Positions 23,960 to 36,015 are shown, counted from the first letter of the stretch. The stretch: 56,627 nt of DNA from Octopus bimaculoides (GCF_001194135.2 NC_068982.1:51684825-51741451), one strand, 5' to 3'. Notes: generated by a model not told the origin, from the letters alone. Program-made: numbers and translations.

Positions 23960-25219
23960 GTGTATAGTGTAAAAGAAAATATAGACTTTTTTCTGTCATT
24001 TTCCTAAATATCACAGATTTTCTTTTTACTTTATTCTAAAAATCTCTAGGGTTTTCCTACTTCTTGACACTTCTAAACCCTAATTCTCAGGGTGTGCTTA
24101 ACAAAGAAAAAAGCTCACACTGTCAAGAAAAAAGAAAGAAAGAAAGAAAGAAGAAAAGATAAATAATATTGGTGACTAGTAAGATGTGATAAATCTTCTG
24201 CATAACTGGTTTGCTAAAATGCAATGTGGCAAATCAGTCACCAGTGTCTTTCTCATCTTTCTCTTCTCAAAATATCCTTCTTTCCATTTGACCACCCCTT
24301 TCATCCCTCATGTTCTCCCCAAGTTTTGTTTTCTATTAGTCAAAATGTATAAAATATCAAGAAAAGAACTTTTATTTTCCACTTTTTTTTTTTGTGTTTG
24401 TACTTTGAATTGTTTAAAAAAAAAAATTGTCTAGCTTGCTAAGATAGATGTTTTAAAGAAACATTTTTAAAGAGTCAACAGTGATAAATTAACTACATCT
24501 ATTGTGTTTTGAAGGAAATTTCTTTCACTCTGCTAAAAAGCACTTAGTTTTTATCTTGTTTGCTTTCTTTTAATTTTAACATGCCTATTGTCTGTCTTAT
24601 GACAGTTTGTGAATTTGTTTCTCAGTTGGCAGTTATCTGAAAAAAATTCATGTTATAGTATCATTTTTGACGTTGGGATTTTGTGAAAAAAAAAAATCAT
24701 TAGCTGAAATATATCATTAATGCTAAATTCAAAAAATGCCAGAAACCAAACTGAACGATAAAAGACCATTCATTGTTCATCAGTTCTTTTGCTTGACGCA
24801 TTTGTTCAGCATGAAATTGGTGTATTGAATCCCACATTCCTAAAGTAGTTCCAACCACTTAAAAGAAATATTTCTTCTTTGTAACTATTTCCACTGCTGA
24901 GACAAGAAATTCTTTTGGCTTTTCTAGTTGACATTATATATTGCTGATGTAGATATAACTTGCCAGTGAGAAACTTAGTCTATGATTCTAGCTAGGATTC
25001 AAATCCTGCTGAGACCAATGAGGCCAACTTAGTAAATTATTCATTTAGAATTCATAAAATATGCATCAAATAGCAGAGATCATGTGGCTGGGAGGTTGTG
25101 TGAGAATTCAGTAAAGGATAATTGTACTAGAAGGATGTGTCATATAGTTCATGTAGTTTTAGTTTCAAGTTCAATTCCTACTGTCTCAGTAACTAACATA
25201 TAATCATTATCATCAGTGT

Positions 25220-25635
25220 TATAAGATTCATTTTTCCCATGCTTGCATGGACGAAAGAAAATTCCTTGAAGCAGAGTTTTTATGGCTGAATGTTTTTCCT
25301 GTCACCAATCCTTACCTATTTCTTATGGAAGGCATCCAACTGTAAAAACCATACCAAAACGGACAGTGGAGCTTAGTGCAATCCCCTGGCTTGCCAACTC
25401 CTGTCAAATCATCCAGCTCATGCCAGCATGATAGATGGACGTCAAATGAGAAGGATGATGATGAAGTGAGATAATTTATTCCTAAACCTTTGAACATAAG
25501 TACAACTGGATGGGCATCTCTTGTCACAAAAAGATATAAACAAACAACACTGCTTGTATGAAGGAGACATTTGTTTGTAATTAACATATGACATCAAAGC
25601 AAGGAAACACAAACATACACACAGAAGCATATGTA

Positions 25636-25666
<31 letters not shown>

Positions 25667-26045
25667 CAACAGTTGATGGGCTACTTTTAGTTATCGGCTA
25701 CAAAATCCACTCATAAGGCTTTGTTTGACCAAAATCTATAGTAAAAGACACTTGACTAAAATGCCATGCAATGGGACTGAATCCAAAACCATGTGCTTGG
25801 GAAACAAACTTCTTAGTATGTAGCCATGCCTGTTCATATATATCCATTTATCTTTTTACTTGTTTCAGTAATTGAATTGTGGCCATGCTGGGGCACCACC
25901 TTGAAGGGTTTAGTCAAACAAATCAACCACAGTACTTATTTTTCATTTTGACATCTAGTACTGAACTGCTATGCTACAAGGATATAAACAAAACAAAAAT
26001 ACTGGTTGACAAATGATGGTGAGAGACAAGCACCAGATACACACA
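25220..26045. mobile_element. Cluster of family B SINE pieces in both orientations
   Basis: Minus tail 25220-25320, plus RTE tail 25320-25465, minus body/head 25510-25830, minus 3' part 25845-26045. Confidence 0.7.
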
Positions 26046-26214
26046 CACACACACACACATTAATTTTATTGTATTTATTTATTGTATATTTATATGTGAT
26101 GGATGATGTAGCATCAATTATGTAACTAACATGGATTATGAAACAGCTGTGAACTAATGGAATAAGCATCTATTCTCTCACTCCAAATCTCTAATTTGAT
26201 CTATCTCTCTTTTC

Positions 26215-26379
26215 ATATATATATATATATATATATATATNNNNNNNNNNNNNNNNNNNNNNNNNNNNNNNNNNNNNNNNNNNNNNNNNNNNNNNNNNNN
26301 NNNNNNNNNNNNNNNNNNNNNNNNNNNNNNNNNNNNNNNNNNNNNNNNNNNNNNNNNNNNNNNNNNNNNNNNNNNNNNN
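26215..26379. other. (AT)n followed by an assembly gap (N 26241-26379)
   Basis: Direct. Confidence 0.95.
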
Positions 26380-26483
26380 GAAATGTTAAAGACTTTCTCT
26401 ATTCCCAAGCGTTAAACTAATACATCCCTTTGTTGTTTACACCACCTGTCCTCGTCTGTTGTTGTTTTTTTCATAAATTCTCC

Positions 26484-26534
<51 letters not shown>

Positions 26535-26559
26535 AATACAGACATACACATACATACAT

Positions 26560-26720
26560 ACACACATCAGGCTTCCATACACTTTCTATCTCCTAAATTC
26601 ACTCACAAGGCATTCATCGACCTCAGCTTATCATAGAATACATTGACTAATGTGTTGCACAGTGGGACTGAACCCTAAGCCATGTGGTTGCAAAGTGGGT
26701 ATCTTAATCACACAGCCATA
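26560..26720 (-). mobile_element. SINE family B head fragment
   Basis: aaattcactcacaaggc...cacagtgggactgaaccctaagccatgtggttgcaaag...cacacagccat. Confidence 0.75.
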
Positions 26721-27189
26721 TAGAAGAAAACAATTTTCAAAACCAAACCACGTTTTCCTTCAAAGTGCTTGACCATCAACTTGTTAATATGCAACCACTA
26801 CTATGAAAGCCCATAAATGAAATGAACAGATCTTACACAGCTTGCAATGCTAGTAAAATAGGATCAAGATGAAAAGCAATGAGAAACCACAAAAAAAAGG
26901 GGTTTACAGTTTGTGCAGCAGCAAAACTGTTGACAGTGAAAGTAGTCAAATATACAAGTTTAAAAATAAGAATAAACAGTGAAATGAATATCTATTTTAA
27001 ATGGATGCAGATTAAAGCATAAACACAAAGTGTGTATAAGAGAGTGCATATGTCTGCTGTACAATATTGCAGTTAGGTAAGCTAAAGGATGAGGGACTGT
27101 TTAAAAGTAACAACTTCTGCATCTGTCAACACAAAATAATTTCTTTGTAGGTGTATAGGATGTGAAGAAGTTTTAGTCTGCACTTTTCT

Positions 27190-27230
27190 GCTTTCTCTGC
27201 TTCTTTCTTTTCTTTTTTCTTTTTTCTCTT

Positions 27231-27263
<33 letters not shown>

Positions 27264-27510
27264 ACCTATCCTTCTTTTTATCTCTCTCTCTTTCTCATTT
27301 TCTCTTTCCCTATGTGTCTCTTTTTCTCTTCCTTTTCTTCAGCTGTTTTCTATGTATTTCTCTTTTTCACTATTTATTTCTCTCTGTCCTTCTTTTTCTT
27401 TGCCTCTCTTTCTCTCTCTCTCTCCCTATTTTTCTATTTACTTCTGCTTCTCCTTCATTTCACTTTTTCTATATATCTCTCTTTCTCTCCCCTTTTTTAT
27501 GTGCTGGGTT
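27190..27510. repeat. CT-rich low-complexity tract
   Basis: Direct. Confidence 0.9.
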
Positions 27511-27665
27511 CACTACATAAACTACTACAGCTTACTTGCATATATTAGCATTGGGCCTCTAGACTGGTGGAGGCCCCACTCTAGACACTGCTCAGTGTGT
27601 CCAAGACTTAAGACAGCACTACCTTCACTACCTCTTTCTTCCACCCCTCTATCTCATCATCGCTC

Positions 27666-27699
<34 letters not shown>

Positions 27700-27725
27700 T
27701 TTAGTTATTACAGAACGGTCTAGAA

Positions 27726-27870
27726 CAGGCATGGGCAACCTTTTTTTCAAGAAGCTTGCTGCATGAAATATTCTTCGTCAGACAGGCTGCACTTCTAAAA
27801 AAATTCAAGGCAACATTTTGTTAGGCATGCCATTCAGAATGTCCCACAAGCCACAGGTTGCTTATGACTG
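27726..27870. mobile_element. hAT/Charlie-like MITE, same family as 55422-55575
   Basis: TIR caggcatgggcaacc ... ggttgcttatgactg; 8-bp TSD gtctagaa / atctagaa fits the NTCTAGAN preference of Charlie elements. Confidence 0.85.
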
Positions 27871-28029
27871 ATCTAGAAAGATGCTTGCTTGAACTCTTTA
27901 AGATTCTGAATGTCATATTCGGTTTCTAATCTCACCAAAGTAGATTCTGATTTTCATCTCTTTGGTTTTTGAATAAAGTAAATACCAGTAAAATACTTGA
28001 GGTCAGTTATATTGACTTCAAATTTTGGA

Positions 28030-28226
28030 ACCAGGCCAGCAATTTCAGCAGAGGGGGTGAGTCGAATACATTGATGCCAGTACTTGACTGGTACTTATTT
28101 TATTGACCCTAAAAGTATAACAGGCAAAGTTGACTTCGGCAGAATTTGAACTCAGAGCATTAAGATGGACAAAATTTCGCTAAGCATTTTGCCTGGTGTG
28201 CTAATTATTCTGCCAGCTCACCACCT
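28030..28226 (-). mobile_element. SINE family A, full length
   Basis: aagttgacttcggcagaatttgaactcagagc...ctaagcattttgcctggtgtgctaattattctgccagctcaccacc. Confidence 0.85.
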
Positions 28227-28387
28227 TACCTAAGGTCAGGTATATTGACTACTATAGCATGATCACAGTCTAATGACTGAAACAAGTAGAAGATGAAAAA
28301 ATAACTCCTCCACTTAAACAGGTGTCCCTCTATTTCGTCATAAGAAAGTAAAATATTGCTTTGTGTTGAACCTCTTTGGAATGATAT

Positions 28388-28507
28388 ACCTCAGGGCCAT
28401 GTCATATTGGAAGCAATAATTCTTATCCAATCATTGAAGTTAAGCAATGTCAAGCCTAGTTAATACTTAGATGGGTGAACACTTGAGAAATCTAGGTACT
28501 GTAAGTA
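28388..28507 (+). pseudogene. 5S rRNA pseudogene or 5S-derived SINE head
   Basis: gggccatgtcatattggaagca...tccaatcattgaagttaagcaatgtcaagcctagttaatacttagatgggtgaacacttgagaaatctaggtactgtaag is colinear over about 120 nt with metazoan 5S (GAAGTTAAGC, AGTACTTGGATGGG internal control region); many differences are CG to TG/CA. Confidence 0.85.
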
Positions 28508-28521
28508 TCTCACTGATCAAT

Positions 28522-28856
28522 GCAGGCATGGCTACATGGGTAAAATGCTTCCCAGCCATGTGGTTTTGAGTTTGCAACTATTGTTCAACACCTTGAGCTA
28601 GTGTCTTCTACTATAGCCCCAGGCCAACCAAAGCATCATGACTGGATTTAGTAGATGGAAACTGAAAAAAGCCCTTTATGTGTGTCTGTGTGTGGTGTTT
28701 GTTCCCCACCACCAACTGACACCTTGTGTTGGTTCCCATAAATTAGCAATTTGACAAGAGACCAATACAATACAATACAGTATGTACCAGACTTTAAAAA
28801 AATAAGTTCCCTTTAAGGCAATGCTTTGTTCAGAAATTGAGACAAGTATAAGATTA
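28522..28856 (+). mobile_element. SINE family B, decayed
   Basis: gcaggcatggct...acaccttgagctagtgtcttctactatagccccaggccaaccaaagc...tagatggaaactgaaaaaagccc. Confidence 0.8.
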
Positions 28857-29644
28857 AAAAAAAAATTATAATCTTAAATTATTTTCTGTAAACTTCATCA
28901 AGCAAAATGAAACAATCTCCTAGTTCACTCTCAGAAGCAAATAATTAACTATTCTAAGAAATGGTATCATGGTGAAATCCTCCCTTGGGAGAAGCACTGA
29001 TACAGTTTGGTTTAACCGATATTTAGAAACTTCTTCTTCAGATCTGGCCTGGAGCTAAACATCTACAACTCCAAAATTACATACATCTTCCTACAAACTT
29101 GTGATCAAAGGTGTTTCAACTAAGGATATTCTATCATGTTTTCATCCAATGTGTTTTCCTGATTTTTTTAAATGATAACGTATATTTTAAGGAGAGTTTA
29201 ACTGCTGTTTCTAGCATATTGAGTGACCACATAAAAGTGCTGCTCTAACAGGATTTTGCTCATAAATCATTATTTGCAGTTTGTTCTAGTTGGCAGATTG
29301 ACAAACACCTGGGATTACTTACTTTTGATTTCTTTCGCCAAACTGAAATTGAATTCATTTATGGTTGCTTTCTGGAAATGGAACTTTTAAAGAGTTTTCG
29401 TTCTTTTTATTTTTCTTATTCATATATTATCATCAACATCATCATCATTTATTTATGTCCATTTTTCTCCTCTGGCATCAATAGGAAACAACACTTGAAC
29501 TAATCTAATTATAACATTTATCCATCAAGATATCTAGCATATCTAAGTTGACTTCATCCCCACACCACATATAAACAGACTGACCTCATGTTACTAAGGT
29601 TATTTTCTTTTATTAATCTGGAGTAATATATATATATATATATA

Positions 29645-29857
29645 NNNNNNNNNNNNNNNNNNNNNNNNNNNNNNNNNNNNNNNNNNNNNNNNNNNNNNNN
29701 NNNNNNNNNNNNNNNNNNNNNNNNNNNNNNNNNNNNNNNNNNNNNNNNNNNNNNNNNNNNNNNNNNNNNNNNNNNNNNNNNNNNNNNNNNNNNNNNNNNN
29801 NNNNNNNNNNNNNNNNNNNNNNNNNNNNNNNNNNNNNNNNNNNNNNNNNNNNNNNNN
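29645..29857. other. Assembly gap
   Basis: N run. Confidence 1.
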
Positions 29858-30197
29858 ACTTGTTTCAGTCATTTGACTGCAGCCATGCTGGAGCACTGCC
29901 TTTAGTCGAGCAAATCGACCCCAGGACTTATTCTTTGTAAGCCTAGTACTTATTCTATCGCTCTGTTTTGCCAAACCGCTAAGTTACAGGGACGTAAACA
30001 CACCAGCATCGGTTGTCAAGCGATGTTGGGGGAGACAAACACAGACACACAAACACACACATATATATATATATATATATACATATATACGACGGGCTTC
30101 TTTCAGTTTCCGTCTACCAAATCCACTCACAAGGCTTTGGTCAGCCCGAGGCTATAGTAGAAGACACTTGCCCAAGGTGCCACACAGTGGGACTGAA
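29858..30197 (-). mobile_element. Young SINE family B copy, head truncated
   Basis: CpG-retaining: gtcgagcaaatcgaccccaggac...gacgggcttctttcagtttccgtctacc...gacacttgcccaaggtgccacacagtgggactgaac. Confidence 0.9.
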
Positions 30198-30969
30198 CAC
30201 ATATGTATAGTACTGTGTGTGTGCGTGTTTAATACAAAATTATTATTATTCTATGATGGAATATTCTTTGTGGCATCACTTTTCATGTGTTCTTAGGGTA
30301 GATTTTCTTTTTCCTAGTCATTATTGTGTTAACCAATAACACTTGTCTTCAGCTAGAATTTTCATATATTTTCAACTTAGACAGACGAACAGAAAATTTT
30401 TCAGTTCTAACACAGCATAACATAAACTGTAGTTGCATTTAAATAAATCAGCATTTATGCTTGAATAAAAAGAAACAAAAAAGCAAGTTTTACCAAATCA
30501 AAGAGTGACTCATGTGCTTTTTATAAACTATTAACCTTATCCACTCTAAATAATCATTGTCCTTCAATAGCTTATTTAAGTTTACATGGGGTAGGTAGCT
30601 AATGCACAAATGTCAACATCTCCCAGTGTTTGATTATACTGTTCAATCAGACTTGCATATATAAAAGAAACTATGCTCTTTTCTTCGTGTAATCTATGTC
30701 CACTTTACATATTGTTAATCCATAAATGCACTCTAGCTTTGTCCATATAATTCCTCCTCTTGGACATAGACAAATACCTGGAGATAAACTGTATGTTTGG
30801 CATTGATTTTTGGTTGAATATAATATGCAAGTGTTTGATTATTTTGTCTTTGGAATTGACAGTTTGAATGGTGAGTGTTATCAATAAATAATCTTGATAT
30901 CACAGAGTTCTTACCTAAATACCTTTCTGAAGACTTTTAATAGTTGCTTGATATGCTACTTAGGTATTT

Positions 30970-31391
30970 ATCTATTTTATCGTTTACCTGTTTCACTTAC
31001 GGACTGCAGCCATGCTGGAGCCCCACCTTGAAGGATTTAGTTGAACAAATCACCCCCAATACTTTTATTTTTTTATTTTATTTTCTTTAAGTCAGACACT
31101 TTTTCTATTGGTCTCTTTTTACCAACTGCTAAGTTACAGGAATATCAAATCAACACCAGTTGTCAAGTGGAAGTGGGGTGACAGACCCAAAGACAGATGT
31201 GCATAGATATGTATATATTCAACAGGCTTCTTTCAGTTTCTATCTACCATATCTATTCACAATTTCACAAAGCCTTGGTTGGCCCTGGACTATAACAGAA
31301 GACACTTGACCAAGGTGCCATGCAGTGGAACTGAACCTGAAACCTATGTGGTTGGGAAGCAAACTTCTTAGCATGCAGCCACACCTGTGCC
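30970..31391 (-). mobile_element. SINE family B, full length, older
   Basis: Aligns with 29858-30197 and extends through the tRNA head. Confidence 0.85.
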
Positions 31392-31449
31392 TTTTTAAAA
31401 GCTATTTTGTTTTTTTCTTTTATAAAATATAAATACTCAATCTTTACAG

Positions 31450-31965
31450 TTGTTGCCTACCTCCCCTCTCTTCACCCATGACCCTGTCTCTTCTTCCCCC
31501 ATTCCCTTACAAATCCCCACACACTCTGGCTCCTAATTCCTCTTTCCTACTCACTTCTCCTCATTTTATACCAGAGAGGGTCCTCCTAGATATCTCATCA
31601 CTACTATTTATCTCTTAGCAACTCCCACTTATCATCCTCACCCTCTCTTCTAAGTGTGAGTAGCCACGTAGCTCCTCAGCACCAAGAACCCACTCTACCT
31701 CACCTCTCATAATTTAATCCCTCATCTCCTAGCATAAAGCCTATCTCCCACCTTGTAGTTGGAAGTTTTACAAGCTGCAACACACTAGTGTTGGTGGCAC
31801 CCAGTACATGCTGTAAAGTGGCTAGCATTAGGAAGAATGTCCAGCTGTAGAAATCACAGTAAAGCAGACACTGGAGCCCAATATAGTCCTTAAGACCATT
31901 AGTTTTTGTCAAAACATTCAGTCCCGACCAAGACAGAACATGGATTTTAAATGATGATGATGATA
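31450..31965 (+). mobile_element. Pyrimidine-rich repeat ending in an RTE-type tail; similar layout at 51965-52475
   Basis: Tail gtggctagcattaggaagaatgtccagctgtagaaa...ttttaaatgatgatgatg. Confidence 0.55.
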
Positions 31966-32734
31966 TTTATATTTCATAAAAATACCAAGAGCATACTGAA
32001 AAATATTGCAGTAAGTTTCTTGCTAAAAGAAATCGTGGTTCTGTATGCTTTAATTGTAGGTTTATCCACATTTGAGGTACTGATTAGGTTTTGAACCTTG
32101 CCTGGATAAATATAAAGAGTTCAAATTTCTTCAAACTTTCATCTGGGGTCATGAAGATGACTTTCCTCTTATGGTGCTACATTAAAAAGAAGTATCCAGA
32201 AACTATCTGTTACTTGACGATGACGCTATGACTGAACTATTGTTCATTTGAACTGAAGAAGGAAGGTCTGTCACTGCTTGCTACTGTTAGAAAAATAGCC
32301 AAACCCTCCTTAAGTCACACCCTAAATAAGGAAGTATAAATTAGATAATGTCCTGTATATACAAAAAAGTGAGATGTTTACAATTAGGGTGTCTTTGATT
32401 ATGGGTGCAGACAGGATTATGTGCATAAATTCTCTTTACAACTTTGTAATTCTGGTCAATCCCACTGCATTTTGGAACAAGTATTTTCTACCCTAGCTTC
32501 TTTCAGATTGTTCATACATTTTGAGTGGAATTTGCTAAGTAAAAACTATGTCAAAACTGTCAGTTGATAGAATGATTTGCTCTCCTTGAATTCTGATTTC
32601 AGATCTGGCCAAAGTCAAGTTTTGCCTTTCTTCCTTTCAGAGTTGAAAAAAATCTTTCACAAATAATACCCCATCATCTTGTTAAAAAAGAAAAAAGAAA
32701 AGGCAAAAAAAACAAAAACAAACATAAGCATGAC

Positions 32735-32960
32735 TGTTATTAAGGAGTTTGCTTTGCAACCATATAGCCTTTGGTTCAGTCCCACTGCATGGCATCTTAA
32801 GTATCTTCTATACCTTCAGGTTGGTGATCAATCAATACCTTGCAAGTGAAATTAGTAGATGGAAATTGTGCAGAAGCCTATTTGTGTGTGTGTGTTTGTG
32901 TGTGTGGCTGGCTGGCTGGCTGTATGTCTGTCTTTACATCACTTGAAAAAAAGAGTCTTT
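32735..32960 (+). mobile_element. SINE family B head fragment
   Basis: atgactgttattaaggagtttgctttgcaaccat...ggttcagtcccactgcatggcatc. Confidence 0.7.
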
Positions 32961-33653
32961 GTTTCCTATAACTTAACAGCAGGACTGGCCCTAGTGTTAT
33001 TGGTGATCTGGTAAACCTGAATTTAGGCACCCTTACACATATATTTTTAAAGATGATTCACATGGAGTATAACCTGTAAGTGTGGGAGTAACATGTTTAT
33101 TGTAACAGAATTTATTGTAACAGAATTTATTTAATACAGAAATGAAGTGTTCATTTCATGTTATTTTCATATTTCATTTTTATTTTGGAAGACCCAAGTA
33201 CAAGGTATTGTCCCTCCCCAACCATCTCAGTATTCAGCATCCCAAACGGTACAACTTATCTCAGTGACAAATGGAAGTTGTTAAGTACCAGATTTCAAAA
33301 TAAGTTCTAGGGTCAATATAATCGACTAAAACATTTCAAGATAGTATCCCATCATGGCCATGATCCAATGACAGAAAAAGTAGGGGGTTTTTTTCTTGTA
33401 TTTTTTTGTTGAGTTTTTTGGGGTTTTTTTTTTCGGGAAATGAATTTTTATTTAACACAATTTCACAGGAAGAAAAGAAGGGGAAAAAATTAAAAGTATG
33501 AAAGATTAAATTATCAAGAAAAAAAAAAAAAAAAGACCCAGAATTACTTCAACAAGGAAACAAAGCAAAAAGGAAACAAGGAGGGTTGGAATTAAGCAGC
33601 AAAAGATGGAGTGGGTGAGTAACAGGTTGTACACCCCGGTCCAAATGGTATGT

Positions 33654-33808
33654 TCAGCAGACATAATTGCAAATGTGTTACCATGGAGAATGGCCAGCGA
33701 TACTCGCTGCACCAGCTACCTTATCTCGCAGGGCTCATTTCTCAGATGGGCCAATGTTATCCAGATTTTGCAGAGGAAATGAGTAGTAGTCTGGAGTATA
33801 CAATGCCT
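33654..33808 (-). mobile_element. Possible CRE-clade (restriction-like endonuclease) non-LTR retrotransposon C-terminal remnant
   Basis: rc translation TTHFLCKIWITLAHLRNEPCEIR*LVQRVSLAILHGNTFAIMSA resembles the ...EPRExxWLxQRxSxAIQRGNA terminus; recognition by memory only. Confidence 0.4.
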
Positions 33809-33929
33809 GAAAAGAAAAGAAAATAGATAGGATCGTCACAGCTGGATTGTCTTTCATTATTTAAGTTTTCTTGATCAAGGCTGATCTGAGACTAAAGATC
33901 ACCATCTAAAGACCACCTGCAGCAGTGAT

Positions 33930-35074
33930 GGATCTTTCTGATTTGGCGGACACCACTTGTTTTCTTAACGAAACACTTTCAAACTTGGGACACTGGTAGA
34001 ATGTGTCATATAAAACATCTTTTACTCTTAGTGTTATTGAGAAAAGTTTATATTTTTAAAGTTATTTTGTGTTAAAATTGTCGTATTTCGATAATTTCAA
34101 CCAATCACTGACGTCTATTGAGGGGAAAATAATTACTGCTGTTGATTGTCAACAAAACGTGGCGGTGTAATAGGATCTTTTCCCTTAAATAAAATTAGTG
34201 CCGTTGTTTGTCAACAACAACTATCAGCAGTACTGTTATTTATGACATCGTTCGTGCGTTTGTACTGGTTTTAGCTTTAGGGTGTTAGGGTTCAGGTTTT
34301 AGAGTTAGGGACAATCCACAGCAGTAATTATTTTCACCTCAATAGACATCACTGATTGTTTGAAATTACTGAAATACGACAACTTTTAACATGAAATAAC
34401 TTCGAATATANNNNNNNNNNNNNNNNNNNNNNNNNNNNNNNNNNNNNNNNNNNNNNNNNNNNNNNNNNNNNNNNNNNNNNNNNNNNNNNNNNNNNNNNNN
34501 NNNNNNNNNNNNNNNNNNNNCACTCAGAGAGTGTAGTGGGTGCTTTTACGTGTCACCCGCACGAAAACGGCCACACTCGAAATGGTGTCTTTTATGTGCC
34601 ACCCGCACAAGAGCCAGTCCAGGGGCACTGGCAACGATCTTGCTTGAAAACCCTACAAAGTCCAGTCAGGCGGTACTGGCAACGGTCACGCTCAAGATGC
34701 TACATCTTATGTGCCATCTGCACAAGAGCCAGTCCAGGGGCACTGGCAACGATCTCGCTCGAAAGTCCTTACACATGCTGTGGGCACAAGTGCCAGAAAG
34801 GCGATGCTGAGCACAGGTGCCATCCCAATTTCACTTTCGCTTGCCCCAATAAGTCTTTGCAAGCTGAGTTTCGTGTCCAATGAAGGAGACGATGTTGGCA
34901 TGGGTGCTAGTCATCGAATTTAGTTCGATTTTAATTTCACTTGCCTCAACAGGTCTTTGCAAGCGGAGTTTAGTGTCCAATGAAGGGAAGGTACCGAGTT
35001 TTAAACTGTTTCGGTAGAAAACACACTAAATAAAAACTAAATAAAAAATGGTGTCCGCCAAATCAGAAAGATCT
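33930..35074. mobile_element. Non-autonomous DNA transposon with long inverted arms and a perfect 8-bp TSD (GCAGTGAT); carries an RTE fragment; gap at 34411-34520
   Basis: TIR (g/a)gatctttctgatttggcggacacca at both ends; TSD at 33922-33929 and 35075-35082; internal arms about 34050-34150 versus 34310-34410. Confidence 0.85.
34521..34990 (-). mobile_element. Young RTE 3' UTR fragment, same family as 18372-18873
   Basis: cactcagagagtgtagtgggtgcttttacgtgtcacccgcacgaaaacggccac is near-identical to 18525-18580. Confidence 0.9.
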
Positions 35075-35075
35075 G

Positions 35076-35345
35076 CAGTGATTCTCAACCAGGATCCATA
35101 TGGCCCTTAGATGTCCGTATAAGATTTTGTTAAAATTTATGTGCAATAAATAGATTACACTTTCTACAATGCACAAAATATCTTAATTTTTTTAAGTACA
35201 ATTCCTAATAATATTTAATTATAAAAGTACAGCAGGATGGGTTTTTCTTTTTTTTTTTCATGTACATGGAATAGCTTTAGAAGTCAAAGTAGAGTAAAAT
35301 AGTAATCACAGGGGTCCAAAGGCAAAAATTGGTTGAGAACCACTG
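35076..35345. mobile_element. hAT/Charlie-like MITE; family also at 51707-51952 and 54960-55191
   Basis: TIR cagtgattctcaacc ... ggttgagaaccactg; shared body aaatttatgtgcaataaat...ttataaaa(a/g)tacag...gtagagtaaaata...ggggtcca. Confidence 0.85.
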
Positions 35346-35884
35346 AATCTACAGCTTTCTAAATGACAGATGTTCTTTGTCTTTTTGTTATTATTGTTGT
35401 TATCTATTTCCTTTCATGAACTTTTCATAAGTCTTTCATTTTCTATTTTACCATTTTTCTCACCAAATTCTCATGCCCCCCACCTCCTACACTTGGTTAT
35501 AAGATCCAATTTCATTCTCAAACAATGCAGTGTGAGGGAGTGCTTGTCCCTGTCACCTTTGTCTGTAAACTCACACCAACACCATACTCAGCTCCTCCTC
35601 TTCTTCAGGGCATTGGAGAAGGGAGTGGATAGATTCAAGGTGGTTCCAACCATATAAGAATGAGGATTTATTCAACTTCATATTTGTTTATTCTTGTTTA
35701 TTTTATTGTGTACAACATGGCATTAGTGTTTGAATCTGAAATGTGTATCTCTCTTATATAGGAACTTTGGATGTGTATTCTGAATATGTCAATCTGTGTG
35801 TGTGTTGTGATTTAGATATAAAACCATATGTGTTTGACCCGAAAAATTGTATTTAATCACTACATCAGAATGTCTGAGATGTTA

Positions 35885-36015
35885 TCAGTGTGTGTGTGAG
35901 AGAGTCTCCAAAATTTCATTACCCTATCTATAGGTATGTATGAGGAGTGTGTGTGTGTGTGTGTGTGTGTGTCTCCAAAATTTCATTACCCTATCTGTAG
36001 GTGTGTATGAGAAGT
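35885..36015. repeat. Tandem duplication of about 45 bp (gtctccaaaatttcattaccctatct(a/g)tagg...) separated by (GT)n
   Basis: Direct. Confidence 0.9.

Noticed and set aside
33712-33808. Strong minus-strand acceptor (ttttcttttcag) suggesting a host exon
   Set aside because: All three frames hit stops within 31 codons; better explained as a retrotransposon remnant
35496-35640. GC-balanced unique segment with a 95-aa ORF overlap
   Set aside because: No frame combines good splice sites with a recognisable peptide
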